Shown: positions 34,847 through 44,440 of the stretch, piece by piece
Layout: every line of letters starts with the position of its first letter
How positions within the stretch are numbered: position 1 is the first letter of the stretch
The notes under the pieces: model-generated
What the model was told of the DNA's origin: nothing
The model's database searches: none
What the model saw: only the letters and a program-made list of their open reading frames with translations
DNA from: Planctomycetota bacterium
Lineage (GTDB): Bacteria > Planctomycetota > UBA8742 > UBA2392
Direction: 5' to 3'
DNA length: 64,000 bases
Assembly: GCA_020845475.1 (NCBI GenBank)
Contig: JADLFN010000026.1
Coordinates: forward strand, 7,080 to 71,079
Program-made: the position numbers and the translations under genes

Positions 34847-36196
34847 TCAAGTTGTCGATAACTCGTCAGTTATCACCTTGGGCTTCCGCACGAGCATCAG
34901 GAAGCAAAGGCCCAGCGTCAGCGGCACCGCCTGAAAATAAAGCGCGGCCTTCCACGCAGCGAGGTCATTGCCCGTGGCGCGTGTGACCTGATCTACGATC
35001 GTGCCGAACACGGCCGAGCCGATAATCGAAACCTTGGTCGTCAAACCGTAAAGACTGAAGTATTGCGCCAGACGTTCGCGCGGCGCCAGTTCGATCAGCA
35101 GTTTGCGCCCCGCCGTCCAGATGCCGGCAAGCCCCAGTCCGCCGAAGCCGCAAATCATCAGCAAGTAGAAGCCAAGATCAACGCCGGCAAACGCCGCCGT
35201 GCCAAGTAACCCGAGCACCAGGAACAGTGCCGAGAGACGAAGCACTTTGAGCGCGCCGAAACGATCACAGGTAAAACCAAGCAGCACGCCAAAAATCAAG
35301 GCCAGCACGTTGAGCGACGTTCCCGCGAGCTTGAGAATGCCGCTGGCTGTCTCGATATGCAGGCCGAATGCTTCCAGCGGCATGCGCGACTGCCATACAG
35401 GATGATCGGCGCTGCCCGTGTTCTTGAAGAACGTGCTGACCGTGAAATCGCCGAAGTAGAGAATGGCAGTGTTCAAAACGTCCACGCAGAAGAAGTTCCC
35501 AAGCAGAAACCACATCATGGCGCGATCTTGCGGAAGCCCTTTGATGGTTCGAAGCAGCGTGCCCATTTGCGCGCGGATTAGCGGCCACGTGACAGGTTGG
35601 CGTTCAAGCACACGGCGCTCGCGCACGAACAGGAAACAAGGCATGGCCAGCAACAAAAAGATGCCCGCCGCAATTGCGAATGTCATGCCGTAGCCGTACT
35701 TGCCGGGCAAATCAAGCAACAGCACGATGATAAGCGTTCCGATGTAACCTAAACCCACGCCAAGTCCGGAGACCAGCCCTTGGTGGCGATCGTCAGCGAC
35801 ACTGGGCAGCAGCGAATTGTAAAACACCAGTGCCGTGTTGTAGCAGAGTGTGGCCGTGAAGAAGGCCGCCATCGTGACAAACTGCGAGTCTGTCGCGCCA
35901 AAGCAGGCCAGGCCGCCAATGCAAATCAGCGTTGACAGCACGAGATAAATGCGCGCGCGGCCCGTGCGATCGGCGAGATTCGCAAACACGTCCAGCGAAA
36001 AAGCGGAGAGCACCATAGCCGCGCCGGAAACAAGGCCAATGGCGCCACGCGTGCCGAACTTCTCGCCGGCAAAGGGCGTGAAGATGTAGGTGAGTACGGC
36101 GGCGTAAACGGTGTTGGCGACGTCGTAAAGAATCCAAGCCGCGCTGGCGCCCTTGAGGGTCGTTTCGAGACGCGCAACCTTGACGGGATCAGCCAT
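34847..36196 (-). CDS. MFS transporter (UMF1/Atg22-like)
   Basis: About 12 predicted TM segments. The N-terminus SAAWILYDVANTVYAAVLTYIFTPF is typical of the UMF1 family. Start at ATG 36196 (track alternative start 36217). Confidence 0.7.
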   Translation of the reverse strand: MADPVKVARLETTLKGASAAWILYDVANTVYAAVLTYIFTPFAGEKFGTRGAIGLVSGAAMVLSAFSLDVFANLADRTGRARIYLVLSTLICIGGLACFGATDSQFVTMAAFFTATLCYNTALVFYNSLLPSVADDRHQGLVSGLGVGLGYIGTLIIVLLLDLPGKYGYGMTFAIAAGIFLLLAMPCFLFVRERRVLERQPVTWPLIRAQMGTLLRTIKGLPQDRAMMWFLLGNFFCVDVLNTAILYFGDFTVSTFFKNTGSADHPVWQSRMPLEAFGLHIETASGILKLAGTSLNVLALIFGVLLGFTCDRFGALKVLRLSALFLVLGLLGTAAFAGVDLGFYLLMICGFGGLGLAGIWTAGRKLLIELAPRERLAQYFSLYGLTTKVSIIGSAVFGTIVDQVTRATGNDLAAWKAALYFQAVPLTLGLCFLMLVRKPKVITDELSTT

Positions 36197-36242
36197 GGCG
36201 CGCAAGTGTGGCGGCACTCGTCGTGCGCGGCAAGAGATCGTT

Positions 36243-36455
36243 TCAGGCTACTTTGACGTCGCCCGGCTTGGAGGCAAAAAGGGGCGGCATGGGGCGCATT
36301 TTGCGCACGGCCTCGGTTACGTCAGCGTCAGCGACAAAGCGACGTGTGCGCTTGCGGTCTTCAAACCACGCACCCTTCGTGCCCTGCTTTACGACGGTTT
36401 CAACAAAGGTGAGTTCTCGGGCAGCACAAAACGCATTGAGCGTGGCGGCATCCAT
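36243..36455 (-). CDS. possible small protein (70 aa), unrecognised
   Basis: It is the only ORF co-oriented with its neighbours in the 36218..36674 gap. No motif recognised. Confidence 0.3.
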   Translation of the reverse strand: MDAATLNAFCAARELTFVETVVKQGTKGAWFEDRKRTRRFVADADVTEAVRKMRPMPPLFASKPGDVKVA

Positions 36456-36630
36456 GGCATGGCTCCGAAGAACGAAGCAACCTGTTTACGGGTTCTTGCC
36501 AGTCCGTCAATCGCTTGAAAAATCGCAGGTTCTGATGCTCGACACAGAGCCTTGATCCTGCGCCACTTGCGGGATTGTCCACGCTTTCCAAAAGTTTTCC
36601 CCCGCGAAGCCTGCGTGTGACCAACCCAAC

Positions 36631-36656
36631 AAAAGAGGCGGCCCGAAGGCCGCCCC
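36631..36656 (-). terminator. rho-independent terminator of the PDZ protein gene
   Basis: The minus strand reads GGGGCGGCC-TTCG-GGCCGCCTC-TTTT starting 19 nt after the stop at 36675. Confidence 0.7.
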
Positions 36657-36674
36657 ATGTCTTGTTGCTGCACT

Positions 36675-38234
36675 CTAGCGTTTGACCTTCAGAGTCTCCT
36701 TCTTGCCATCGCGCATGATAGTGAGCTTGAGGTCTTCGCCTTTCTTGAGCGAGGCCACTGCTTCGCGCAGGGCGGTTCGCGTGTCCACTTTCTCGCCGTT
36801 GATTTCAAGGATGATGTCGTAAACCTCAAGGCCGGACTCGGCCAGAATGCCGTCGGCGTTTACGATTTCATTCACCGAAAGGCCGTTGTCCAGGTTGAGT
36901 TGCTTGCGCACCAGCGGCGTCAGCCGTGCAACACGGACACCGCCGACAACATCTGCTACCTCGCCCGGGGGCAGGTCCATATCGCGCTCGGGCGACTGGT
37001 TGTCCTTCCAGTCCGGATCCTTGGGCGGATCCTTCACTTCAGGATGAGACTCACGTTCCTGGGGCTTTTTGGCGCTATCAATCTGTCTCGCCACTTTGTC
37101 GAGGTCGGCCTCCATCTGGGCCGCAAATTTCACGTGCATCTCCCCCACCGGCTTCCAGGCCGCCGTGCCGTCGTCCTTCAGCTTGTCGAACATATCGGCG
37201 TAGGTGTCTTTGATTTTGTCTTCGAAGTTGTCGAGGATGTCCTCAAACTTGTCGCCGCCGGCGCGGCGCAGATTCTTGACTCGACGAATCAGGCGGCGCT
37301 CGGTGTCGCGCATGTCGTCATAGGGATTGGGTGCCTTGGCGTCGCCGCCGATCTTCTTCTCCCAGCCATCCAGTTGAGCACTATACTCATCAAAGAACTT
37401 GCGGCCTTGTTCCAGCGTCTGGCCCCAGGTCTTCTTACTCTCGTCGAGCACTTTGTCGCGCAGGTCGGCGTATGTGTCTTTGATTTTTCCGCCCACGTCG
37501 TCGAGGCTTTTCAAGGTATCGCCATTGGCACCGCTCTTGAGCGCACTGCAACGATCAAGCAGTGAGCGCTCCAGCGCGCGCAGGCTGGCGAGATAGCGAT
37601 CCTGTGAGATGCTTTCCGCTTCTTCAGCCTTGTCCTCAGGATCGCGCTCCTTGCCGTTCTCGCGGTCGCGCTCTTCCAGGCGGCGCATGTCGCGCTCGAG
37701 GCGTTCACGCGCTTCCTTGCTCAGCCGCTTCATTTCGGCGTCATTCAAGTCGCCATCGGCCATCAAACCGCTTTCGCCCTGTTTCATCCGCTCAACGCCT
37801 TGGCGGAATGCCTCCATCCCCTCTGCGCCGCCGCGGAAATCAGGACGCTCACCCGCCGCATCGCGCTCGGCGGGCGCGCTTTCGGCGAACACCTTGACTG
37901 TCTTGCCCGCGTAAAGTCCATGCAACTCCGCATCGGCCTCCTTCAACGCGGCTTCACTTTCATACTTGCGCTCATCGTTGGTGCCATCGCGCGTGACCAG
38001 CACCGTCACGGAACCATCGGCTTCCTTGCTGAAGCAGAAGCGCGAGCCATCACGTTCTACGGTAATGCGCACAGACTGGCCATTGACCTCCACCGTGCGA
38101 TTCTCCGCTTTGACGCGCAGTGTGACACCCGGCTTTTCCTGCAACCATGTCATTGCAGCGCCATGTTGCGTCGCGGCGCCAAGCCAACTTCCAAGCAAAC
38201 TCGTACCAGCAAACACCAGTGCAAGCTTGTTCAT
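36675..38234 (-). CDS. secreted coiled-coil/charged protein with C-terminal PDZ domain
   Basis: Signal peptide MNKLALVFAGTSLLGSWLGAA. C-terminal GVRVARLTP...GLSVNEIVNADGILAESGLEVYDIILEINGEKV...LKLTIMRDGK fits a PDZ domain. Confidence 0.7.
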   Translation of the reverse strand: MNKLALVFAGTSLLGSWLGAATQHGAAMTWLQEKPGVTLRVKAENRTVEVNGQSVRITVERDGSRFCFSKEADGSVTVLVTRDGTNDERKYESEAALKEADAELHGLYAGKTVKVFAESAPAERDAAGERPDFRGGAEGMEAFRQGVERMKQGESGLMADGDLNDAEMKRLSKEARERLERDMRRLEERDRENGKERDPEDKAEEAESISQDRYLASLRALERSLLDRCSALKSGANGDTLKSLDDVGGKIKDTYADLRDKVLDESKKTWGQTLEQGRKFFDEYSAQLDGWEKKIGGDAKAPNPYDDMRDTERRLIRRVKNLRRAGGDKFEDILDNFEDKIKDTYADMFDKLKDDGTAAWKPVGEMHVKFAAQMEADLDKVARQIDSAKKPQERESHPEVKDPPKDPDWKDNQSPERDMDLPPGEVADVVGGVRVARLTPLVRKQLNLDNGLSVNEIVNADGILAESGLEVYDIILEINGEKVDTRTALREAVASLKKGEDLKLTIMRDGKKETLKVKR

Positions 38235-38406
38235 TTTTGGTCTCCATTTCGGCGGCCATCAGCCCCAGGCCACCCAAGTATTGAGCCAACTATTCTACGC
38301 CATGGATGGCCCTCATGTTCCATTTATTTCGACCTGAATGCAGCACCCCCAATTGACCATAACTCATGGAATATTCATACTTTGCATCATTGCTACGGAA
38401 TCTTGC

Positions 38407-39432
38407 ATGAAACTTGGCAGCTTGACCCTTCGCAACAACCTGATGGCCGCTCCTTTGTGCGGCATTTCGAACCGTGCCTATCGCGTGATCTGCAAGCGCT
38501 ATGGCGCGGGCCTGGTTTACGTTGAGATGCTGAAGGTGGAGAGTTTTCTACACCACAACCGCAAAATGATGACGCTGAAGTTTTTCCGAGACGACGAGCG
38601 TCCCATCGGTATCCAGTTCGCAGGCAATAACCCGCAGTGGCTTGGCGACGCCTGCAAGATGGCCGAAGACGAAGGCTATGACATCATTGATTTTAACATG
38701 GGCTGCCCCGTTCCAAAGATTGGCAAGTGCGGTGCGGGCAGTGCGTTGATGGCCTATCCTGAACGCGCGGCCAAGTGTTTCGAGGCCATGGTCAATGCCG
38801 TGAAGATACCGGTCACGGTCAAGTTCCGCGCGGGCGTGAACGAGAACCACCTCAATTTCCTGCAAATCGGCAAACTGGCCGAAGAATCAGGCATGGTCGG
38901 CGTCACGATTCATCCGCGCACGCGCGAACAGGGCTACACGGGCTTTGCCAACCATGAGCGCACCGGCGAACTGAAAGCCGCGCTCAAGATTCCTGTGACA
39001 GCCTCGGGCGACGTGAAGGAGCCCGAAGACGCCATGCGCGTGCTGCGACAAAGCAGGTGCGACGGCATCATGCTCGGCCGAGGCGTCTGGGGCCGGCCAT
39101 GGCTGTTCCGCGAAATCGATGAAATGCAGAAACACGGTCGCGTGATAACGCCGGCGCCCAATTCTCTTGAGCGCCTGGCGGTGTTGCGCGAGCACTTTGA
39201 GCTGCTGCTTGAATCGTTCAATATCACGCACGCCTGCCAAGTCGTGCGTCGCTATGCAACTTGGTACATCCGCGACGTAAAGGGCAGCCCCGCCATTCGC
39301 GCGCGCATGAACCGCGTAAACACGCGCGAGGAGTTCCACGAGATACTCGACGAGACGGAAGCCCTGTTCGAGCAAGAATTGAGAGAAGCGCCCCCCGAGG
39401 CCGCGCTGGCGACTTCCGGCGTCGGCCGCTAG
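38407..39432 (+). CDS. tRNA-dihydrouridine synthase
   Basis: NNLMAAPLCGISNRAYRVICKRYGAGLVYVEM..., IDFNMGCPVPK, VTVKFR, TIHPRT. Start at ATG 38407. Confidence 0.85.
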   Translation: MKLGSLTLRNNLMAAPLCGISNRAYRVICKRYGAGLVYVEMLKVESFLHHNRKMMTLKFFRDDERPIGIQFAGNNPQWLGDACKMAEDEGYDIIDFNMGCPVPKIGKCGAGSALMAYPERAAKCFEAMVNAVKIPVTVKFRAGVNENHLNFLQIGKLAEESGMVGVTIHPRTREQGYTGFANHERTGELKAALKIPVTASGDVKEPEDAMRVLRQSRCDGIMLGRGVWGRPWLFREIDEMQKHGRVITPAPNSLERLAVLREHFELLLESFNITHACQVVRRYATWYIRDVKGSPAIRARMNRVNTREEFHEILDETEALFEQELREAPPEAALATSGVGR

Positions 39433-39474
39433 ACTGCGCGTTGACGTTCCACGGTTATTTGAGCGTAAGGCTGC

Positions 39475-41055
39475 ATGAGCCGCATTCGCCGACTTGCAAT
39501 CCAGTCATTGATGGCCACCGCGCTGCTGTTTGTCGTCATGGCGCTGCAGGCCTGTGCAGTCGTGCCCGAAGGCCCGCGCTCGCGCACCTACGCCTGGCCT
39601 GCGTTCCGTCAGGACTTTGACCCTGAAACCGGCGCCACCACGACGCGCGCGGCGGGGCCGTTCTTCGATACCACCAAGCGCCCTGACGGATTCACGCAAG
39701 TCAACGTGCGACCGTTTTACAGCTATACGCGCGACCCGGTGCGTGAGCAGGAAGAGCAGACGTTCTTTTATCCAATCGGGCTCTATCGCGACCGCGAGAA
39801 GCGCGGCTGGGAAGGCCGCCACGAAACCAAGGTGCAGATTCTGCCGTTTTTTTACTGGAACGATGTCAGCCTTTCACCGGGCCACCGCGAGCTGGATTAC
39901 TGGTTTTTCCCGCTGGTGTTTGGCGGCAACAGCTCGATTGAGGGTTCGCATTTTGCGGTGGCTCCCTTTGGCGGCAACCTGAAGGGCGTTTTTGGCAACG
40001 ACGAAATCCGCTTCGTGATGTTTCCGCTTTACGTGGAGCTGCGCCGGCAGGGACGCGTGACCTATTATCTACCCTTCCCGATCGTGAAGTGGGGCTATGG
40101 ACCGGGCTACCGCACTTACGGCGTGATGCCGTTTTTCTCGCGCACAGAGATCTGGAAGGAAGTGGACGACCCCGTAACCGGCGGCAAGAAGGAGATACCG
40201 GTCGCGGACCGCTGGACGATCCTGTGGCCACTCTTCCGCTACGACCGCGACCGCATGGATCGCAAATATCCGCGCGAAGCGCTGCTCAGCTATCCGTTTT
40301 TTGGTTTTGCGAAAACGCCCGTCACGTTCAACTTTTCGATGTTGTTTATCCTGAACTACCCCATGTTCAGCTACACGCGCGCGGACCTGACGGATACGAC
40401 CATCCTTGACCTCTTCTGGCCCATTTTCCGCTTCGGCCAGGGAAAGAACTTTGAGCAATACCGTTTCTGGCCGCTTTGGGATTACTCGGTAACCAACGGC
40501 AACACCGCGATTTCAGCGCTCTGGCCGATCTTCTGGTATTTCGATGAAATCACGCCCTGGTATCGCGAGGAGCGCTACCAGATTTTCCCGATCTTCTTCG
40601 CCAACTTCCGGCGCTACCTGCCCGAGCCCGACGGCACGATCCGCACCAAGGACCTGATCAGGGTCTGGCCATTCCTCAAGTACAAAAAGGATGTAGATGA
40701 CACGGTGACGTTCGAGATGCTTTCGTTGTTTCCTTTCAACGACGAAAAGTTCGACCGGACCTATGGCCCACTGTTCAAGTTCCTCACAGTTCGCGTAGGC
40801 CCCAAAGAGACAGCCGTCAGCTTCATGTTTGATATTTTCCACTATGAGGAAGACCCTAACCACATCGATTTGAGCCTGGCTCCGCTGTTTCATTGGACCG
40901 TTGAAAAGCAGGCCAAAGATCGCCTCCCGGATGTCTATGGGCCGCAGCCGGGAGATGTGGAAGACTTCAACCTTCTCTATGGCCTGCTGGGTTACCACCA
41001 CGGGCCCGATGACCGATACACGCGCCTGTTCTGGGGAATCAAGATTCGCCCGTGA
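39475..41055 (+). CDS. lipoprotein built from about 20 short aromatic-Pro-aromatic repeats, function unknown
   Basis: Lipobox VMALQAC. The motif recurs as WPAF, GPFF, RPFY, LPFF, FFPLVF, MFPLY, LPFPI, MPFF, LWPLF, SYPFF, NYPMF, FWPIF, FWPLW, LWPIF, IFPIF, VWPFL, LFPF, GPLF, APLF. The 3' end overlaps mlaE by 4 nt. Confidence 0.6.
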   Translation: MSRIRRLAIQSLMATALLFVVMALQACAVVPEGPRSRTYAWPAFRQDFDPETGATTTRAAGPFFDTTKRPDGFTQVNVRPFYSYTRDPVREQEEQTFFYPIGLYRDREKRGWEGRHETKVQILPFFYWNDVSLSPGHRELDYWFFPLVFGGNSSIEGSHFAVAPFGGNLKGVFGNDEIRFVMFPLYVELRRQGRVTYYLPFPIVKWGYGPGYRTYGVMPFFSRTEIWKEVDDPVTGGKKEIPVADRWTILWPLFRYDRDRMDRKYPREALLSYPFFGFAKTPVTFNFSMLFILNYPMFSYTRADLTDTTILDLFWPIFRFGQGKNFEQYRFWPLWDYSVTNGNTAISALWPIFWYFDEITPWYREERYQIFPIFFANFRRYLPEPDGTIRTKDLIRVWPFLKYKKDVDDTVTFEMLSLFPFNDEKFDRTYGPLFKFLTVRVGPKETAVSFMFDIFHYEEDPNHIDLSLAPLFHWTVEKQAKDRLPDVYGPQPGDVEDFNLLYGLLGYHHGPDDRYTRLFWGIKIRP

Positions 41056-41840
41056 ACGCATCCGAGAACATCTGGCCGTTGAGTTTTCTCCGCACCGCCG
41101 GCTACACACTGGTGATGTTGCTCAACGCACTGGGCCACGTCACGGACCTGTACAAGCGCAGCCGCGCAGTGTTCACCCAGATGTATGTCATTGGCGTGGA
41201 ATCACTGCCAATCGCCTGCTTCTTCCTGATGCTTGTGGGCATGGTGTTCGCGCTGCAGACGGGCATCGAGTTGTCACGCTTCAACCAGACAAGCCTGGTC
41301 GGCATCATTATTGCCGCCGGCATGGTGCGCGAACTGGGCCCGTGGATGACCGCCTTCGTACTTGTAGCGCGCGTGGGCGGCTCCATGGCCGCCGAGATCG
41401 GCACCATGAAAGTCAGCGAGGAGATCGACGCGCTCGATGTCATGAGCATCAATCCGGTCAGTTTTGTCGTGATGCCGCGCCTGCTGGGCTATGCGATCAT
41501 GGGGCCGATCCTGACCGTGATTGCGACTTGCGTTGGCATTGCGGGCGGGGCGATCGTGGCGCGCGTCCAACTGGGCGTGCAGTTCAGCGATTTCATCCGC
41601 AACGCGCGCAATGGCGTTGAGCCGCTGGACATCTACTGGGGTGCGCTCAAGAGCCTTGTTTTCAGCCTGACTGCGGCCACCGTGGCGTGCAGTTACGGCA
41701 TGCGCACTTCCGGCGGCGCCGTGGGTGTGGGCGCGGCCAGCCGCAACACCGTAGTTGTCAGCCTGACGCTGATCGTGTTCTTCAATTATTTGCTGACCAG
41801 CTTCTATAGAATTGTGAAGACGTTGATCACCGGGGCGTAG
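41052..41840 (+). CDS. mlaE: MlaE-family ABC transporter permease
   Basis: GVESLPIACFFLMLVGMVFALQ..., AGMVRELGPWMTAFVLVARVGGSMAAEIGTMKVSEEIDAL is the MlaE signature. Confidence 0.85.
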   Translation: MNASENIWPLSFLRTAGYTLVMLLNALGHVTDLYKRSRAVFTQMYVIGVESLPIACFFLMLVGMVFALQTGIELSRFNQTSLVGIIIAAGMVRELGPWMTAFVLVARVGGSMAAEIGTMKVSEEIDALDVMSINPVSFVVMPRLLGYAIMGPILTVIATCVGIAGGAIVARVQLGVQFSDFIRNARNGVEPLDIYWGALKSLVFSLTAATVACSYGMRTSGGAVGVGAASRNTVVVSLTLIVFFNYLLTSFYRIVKTLITGA

Positions 41841-41847
41841 AGGTCAC

Positions 41848-43227
41848 ATGGCGCAGACGTCCGAAATTCCTGCACGCACGAAGGCCGCTGTCGGCGCGCC
41901 CGTGGTGGAATTCACGGACGTTCACACCAAGTTGGGCGGGCGGCAGATACTTGACGGCCTGACCTTTGACGTGCGCAAGGGCGAGACTTTCGTGATCATC
42001 GGCTACTCCGGCACGGGCAAGTCGGTCACGCTGCGCCATCTGGTTGGCCTGATGCAACCGGATGCAGGCAGCATTCGCGTAGAGAACGAAGAAATCACCA
42101 CGATGTCCGGCCGCGAACTGGCCGACATGCGGCGCAAGTTCGGCGTGCTTTTCCAAAGCGGCGCCTTGATTGCTTGGCTGACAGTGTTCGAGAATGTCGA
42201 GCTGCCGCTGCTCGAACACTCGCGCCACTCCAGGAAAAGGCGCGCCGAGATCATCGAAGAGAAGCTCAAGCTGGTGAACCTCTGGCCGGACAAGGACAAG
42301 TACCCAGCCGAAATCTCCGGCGGCATGAAGAAACGTGCGGGACTCGCGCGCGCGATCGCGCTTGATGCCCAGATCGTGCTCTACGACGAGCCGTCCTCGG
42401 GCCTCGATCCCGTTATCGCCAACGAAGTGGACAAGCTTATCAACTCGCTTCGCGACAAGCTGGGGGTTACCAGCATCGTTGTTACGCATGACATGGAAAG
42501 CGCCTACTTCATCGCTGACCGCATCGGCATGTTTTACAAGGGCAGAATGATCCAGATTGGCACGCCCGATGAAATCCGCAATTCGACTATCCCCGAGGTT
42601 CGCCACTTCATTACCGGTGGCAAAGAGGGCGCGCTTTCGATGCGCAGCCACGCCGCCATTGGCACCGGGCGCGCACCGGGCATGGAACATCCTTCCATGC
42701 GCGTCGAGCCACCCGCGGCGCCGCAGACGTCGAGCGGCGACACCACCATCATGCAGGGCTTTGTGTTGCTTGATGAAATTCCCCCTGAGCGTAGCCGCGC
42801 CGAGCAGACCACTGCTCACGGCATTTCGGGCGATGCAAAAGTGCGGGGCACCCAACCGGTTGAAGACGGCGAAAAGACACGCCTGGGCGTGGCTTCAGAC
42901 GCGACAGTGCGGGGCGCGCAACCCGTCAACGCGCGCGATCTTGAGGAAGTTACGCCCAACGCCCCCACGACACTTTCCGGCCGCCAGGTGGTCACTGAAG
43001 AAGACGACGACGAGATCGTTGACCTCTCCAAGACTGAAGAGGACACGCAAAGCCGAACTGCATCCGGCCGCTACGTCATGGACGAAGAAGAACCGGAGCA
43101 GGAGGACAGTTCCATAGCGGTGCCAGCAGATAAGACCGCTATTGAGCCGCTGGCGCTCGAACCCGAACCTGCGCCAAAGCCCGTAGTGCAAGACCTCAGC
43201 CCTGAACAACCCGAGGAACTCAAATGA
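41848..43227 (+). CDS. mlaF: MlaF-like ABC transporter ATP-binding protein with a ~200-aa acidic C-terminal extension
   Basis: Walker A GYSGTGKS, signature ISGGMKKR, Walker B VLYDEPSSGLD within the first ~260 aa. The remainder is low-complexity and acidic. Confidence 0.8.
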   Translation: MAQTSEIPARTKAAVGAPVVEFTDVHTKLGGRQILDGLTFDVRKGETFVIIGYSGTGKSVTLRHLVGLMQPDAGSIRVENEEITTMSGRELADMRRKFGVLFQSGALIAWLTVFENVELPLLEHSRHSRKRRAEIIEEKLKLVNLWPDKDKYPAEISGGMKKRAGLARAIALDAQIVLYDEPSSGLDPVIANEVDKLINSLRDKLGVTSIVVTHDMESAYFIADRIGMFYKGRMIQIGTPDEIRNSTIPEVRHFITGGKEGALSMRSHAAIGTGRAPGMEHPSMRVEPPAAPQTSSGDTTIMQGFVLLDEIPPERSRAEQTTAHGISGDAKVRGTQPVEDGEKTRLGVASDATVRGAQPVNARDLEEVTPNAPTTLSGRQVVTEEDDDEIVDLSKTEEDTQSRTASGRYVMDEEEPEQEDSSIAVPADKTAIEPLALEPEPAPKPVVQDLSPEQPEELK

Positions 43228-44324
43228 AATCGCGCGAGATTATCGTCGGTCTGGTCTTTCTGGCCGCAGTCGGCGTGGCGCTCTACTTTGCCATTGAGCT
43301 TGGCGGCACGGGCCAGATCAAGATGCCGTGGGAAGCGAAGGACAAGCGCTATCGTGCGGTATTCCCGCAGGTTGGCGGCCTCTCAGAAAGTGCGCCGGTA
43401 TGGGTCAGCGGCGTTCCCAAGGGCCAGGTACGTAAGCTGTATGTGGATCCGCGCAATGGTCAGGTAGAAGTTACTTTTACCCTTGATGAGTCGATCCGGC
43501 TTCACGAGGGCGCCACGGCCGAAATCATCTCGTCAAGCGCCTTTGGCGGCAAAACCGTGGTGGTCGGAATCGGCGATCCGCGCAAGCCGGACTTTGACTC
43601 CGGCACGGCAATCCAGGGCACGCTGCTTGAAGACGTGTTCACCTCAGCCAGCCGCAGCATCTCCAAGATCGATGAGGGCATCGACATTGCGGTGGACACG
43701 CTCAAAGAGGTGAATGCAATCGTCAAGGATGTGCGCACCGGCAAAGGCCCGGTGGGAACCGTGCTCTACGACGAAAAGGTCGCCGACGACATCCGCGACA
43801 CCACGCACAACATCCGCACCATGAGCGAGGACGGCAAGTCGATTACGTCCGACATCCGGGACATCACCAACAAGGTCAACACCGGTGACGGCACGCTCTC
43901 GATGATACTCAACGACGCCGATACCGCGCAGCGCGTCAAGCGCACAATCCAGAATGTAGAGGATACATCGGATCACGCGGTGGGCATTTCACGTGCGGGT
44001 GAGCGCATCGCTAACAACCTGGCGGAAGGCAAAGGCCTGTTTGGCGCCCTGCTCGTTGACGATGAGGTCGCCGAGAACGGCAAGGGCATTATCCGCAAGA
44101 CCAACTCGGCAATGGATGACGTGGGCCGCGCGAGCAAAGACATCGCCGACATCGTGGGCAAGGCCAACCGCGGCGAAGGCACGTTGGGCAAGATCATCAA
44201 CGACCCGACGTTGTACAACGACCTGCTCAACGGAATAAACACGCTGCGCGCGGGTTTTGAGGACATCAGGGAACAGGCGCCGATCACGACTTTTGCAACG
44301 TTGCTTTTCCAGGTGTTCCAATGA
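43224..44324 (+). CDS. mlaD: MlaD/MCE-domain protein
   Basis: N-terminal TM, then an MCE core (YRAVFPQVGGLSESAPVWVSGVPKGQV) and a long helical C-terminal region. 4-nt overlap with mlaF. Confidence 0.8.
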   Translation: MKSREIIVGLVFLAAVGVALYFAIELGGTGQIKMPWEAKDKRYRAVFPQVGGLSESAPVWVSGVPKGQVRKLYVDPRNGQVEVTFTLDESIRLHEGATAEIISSSAFGGKTVVVGIGDPRKPDFDSGTAIQGTLLEDVFTSASRSISKIDEGIDIAVDTLKEVNAIVKDVRTGKGPVGTVLYDEKVADDIRDTTHNIRTMSEDGKSITSDIRDITNKVNTGDGTLSMILNDADTAQRVKRTIQNVEDTSDHAVGISRAGERIANNLAEGKGLFGALLVDDEVAENGKGIIRKTNSAMDDVGRASKDIADIVGKANRGEGTLGKIINDPTLYNDLLNGINTLRAGFEDIREQAPITTFATLLFQVFQ

Positions 44325-44440
44325 TCTGATGGCGCACGTTGCGCCTGCAAGACACAGGAGGCAACGCCGCATCAGACGAAGTGATGGATCGACACTTTTT
44401 GTGGTTTTGGACACGCAACACGCGACCAGGCACACGAGAC

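Noticed and set aside
36657-38525. Plus-strand ORFs 36657..37565 (302 aa) and 37800..38525 (241 aa)
   Set aside because: They are antisense to the PDZ-domain protein gene, which has a signal peptide, a PDZ domain and its own terminator.
41827-42855. 342-aa minus-strand ORF
   Set aside because: It is antisense to the MlaF-like ATPase, which has clear Walker and signature motifs.
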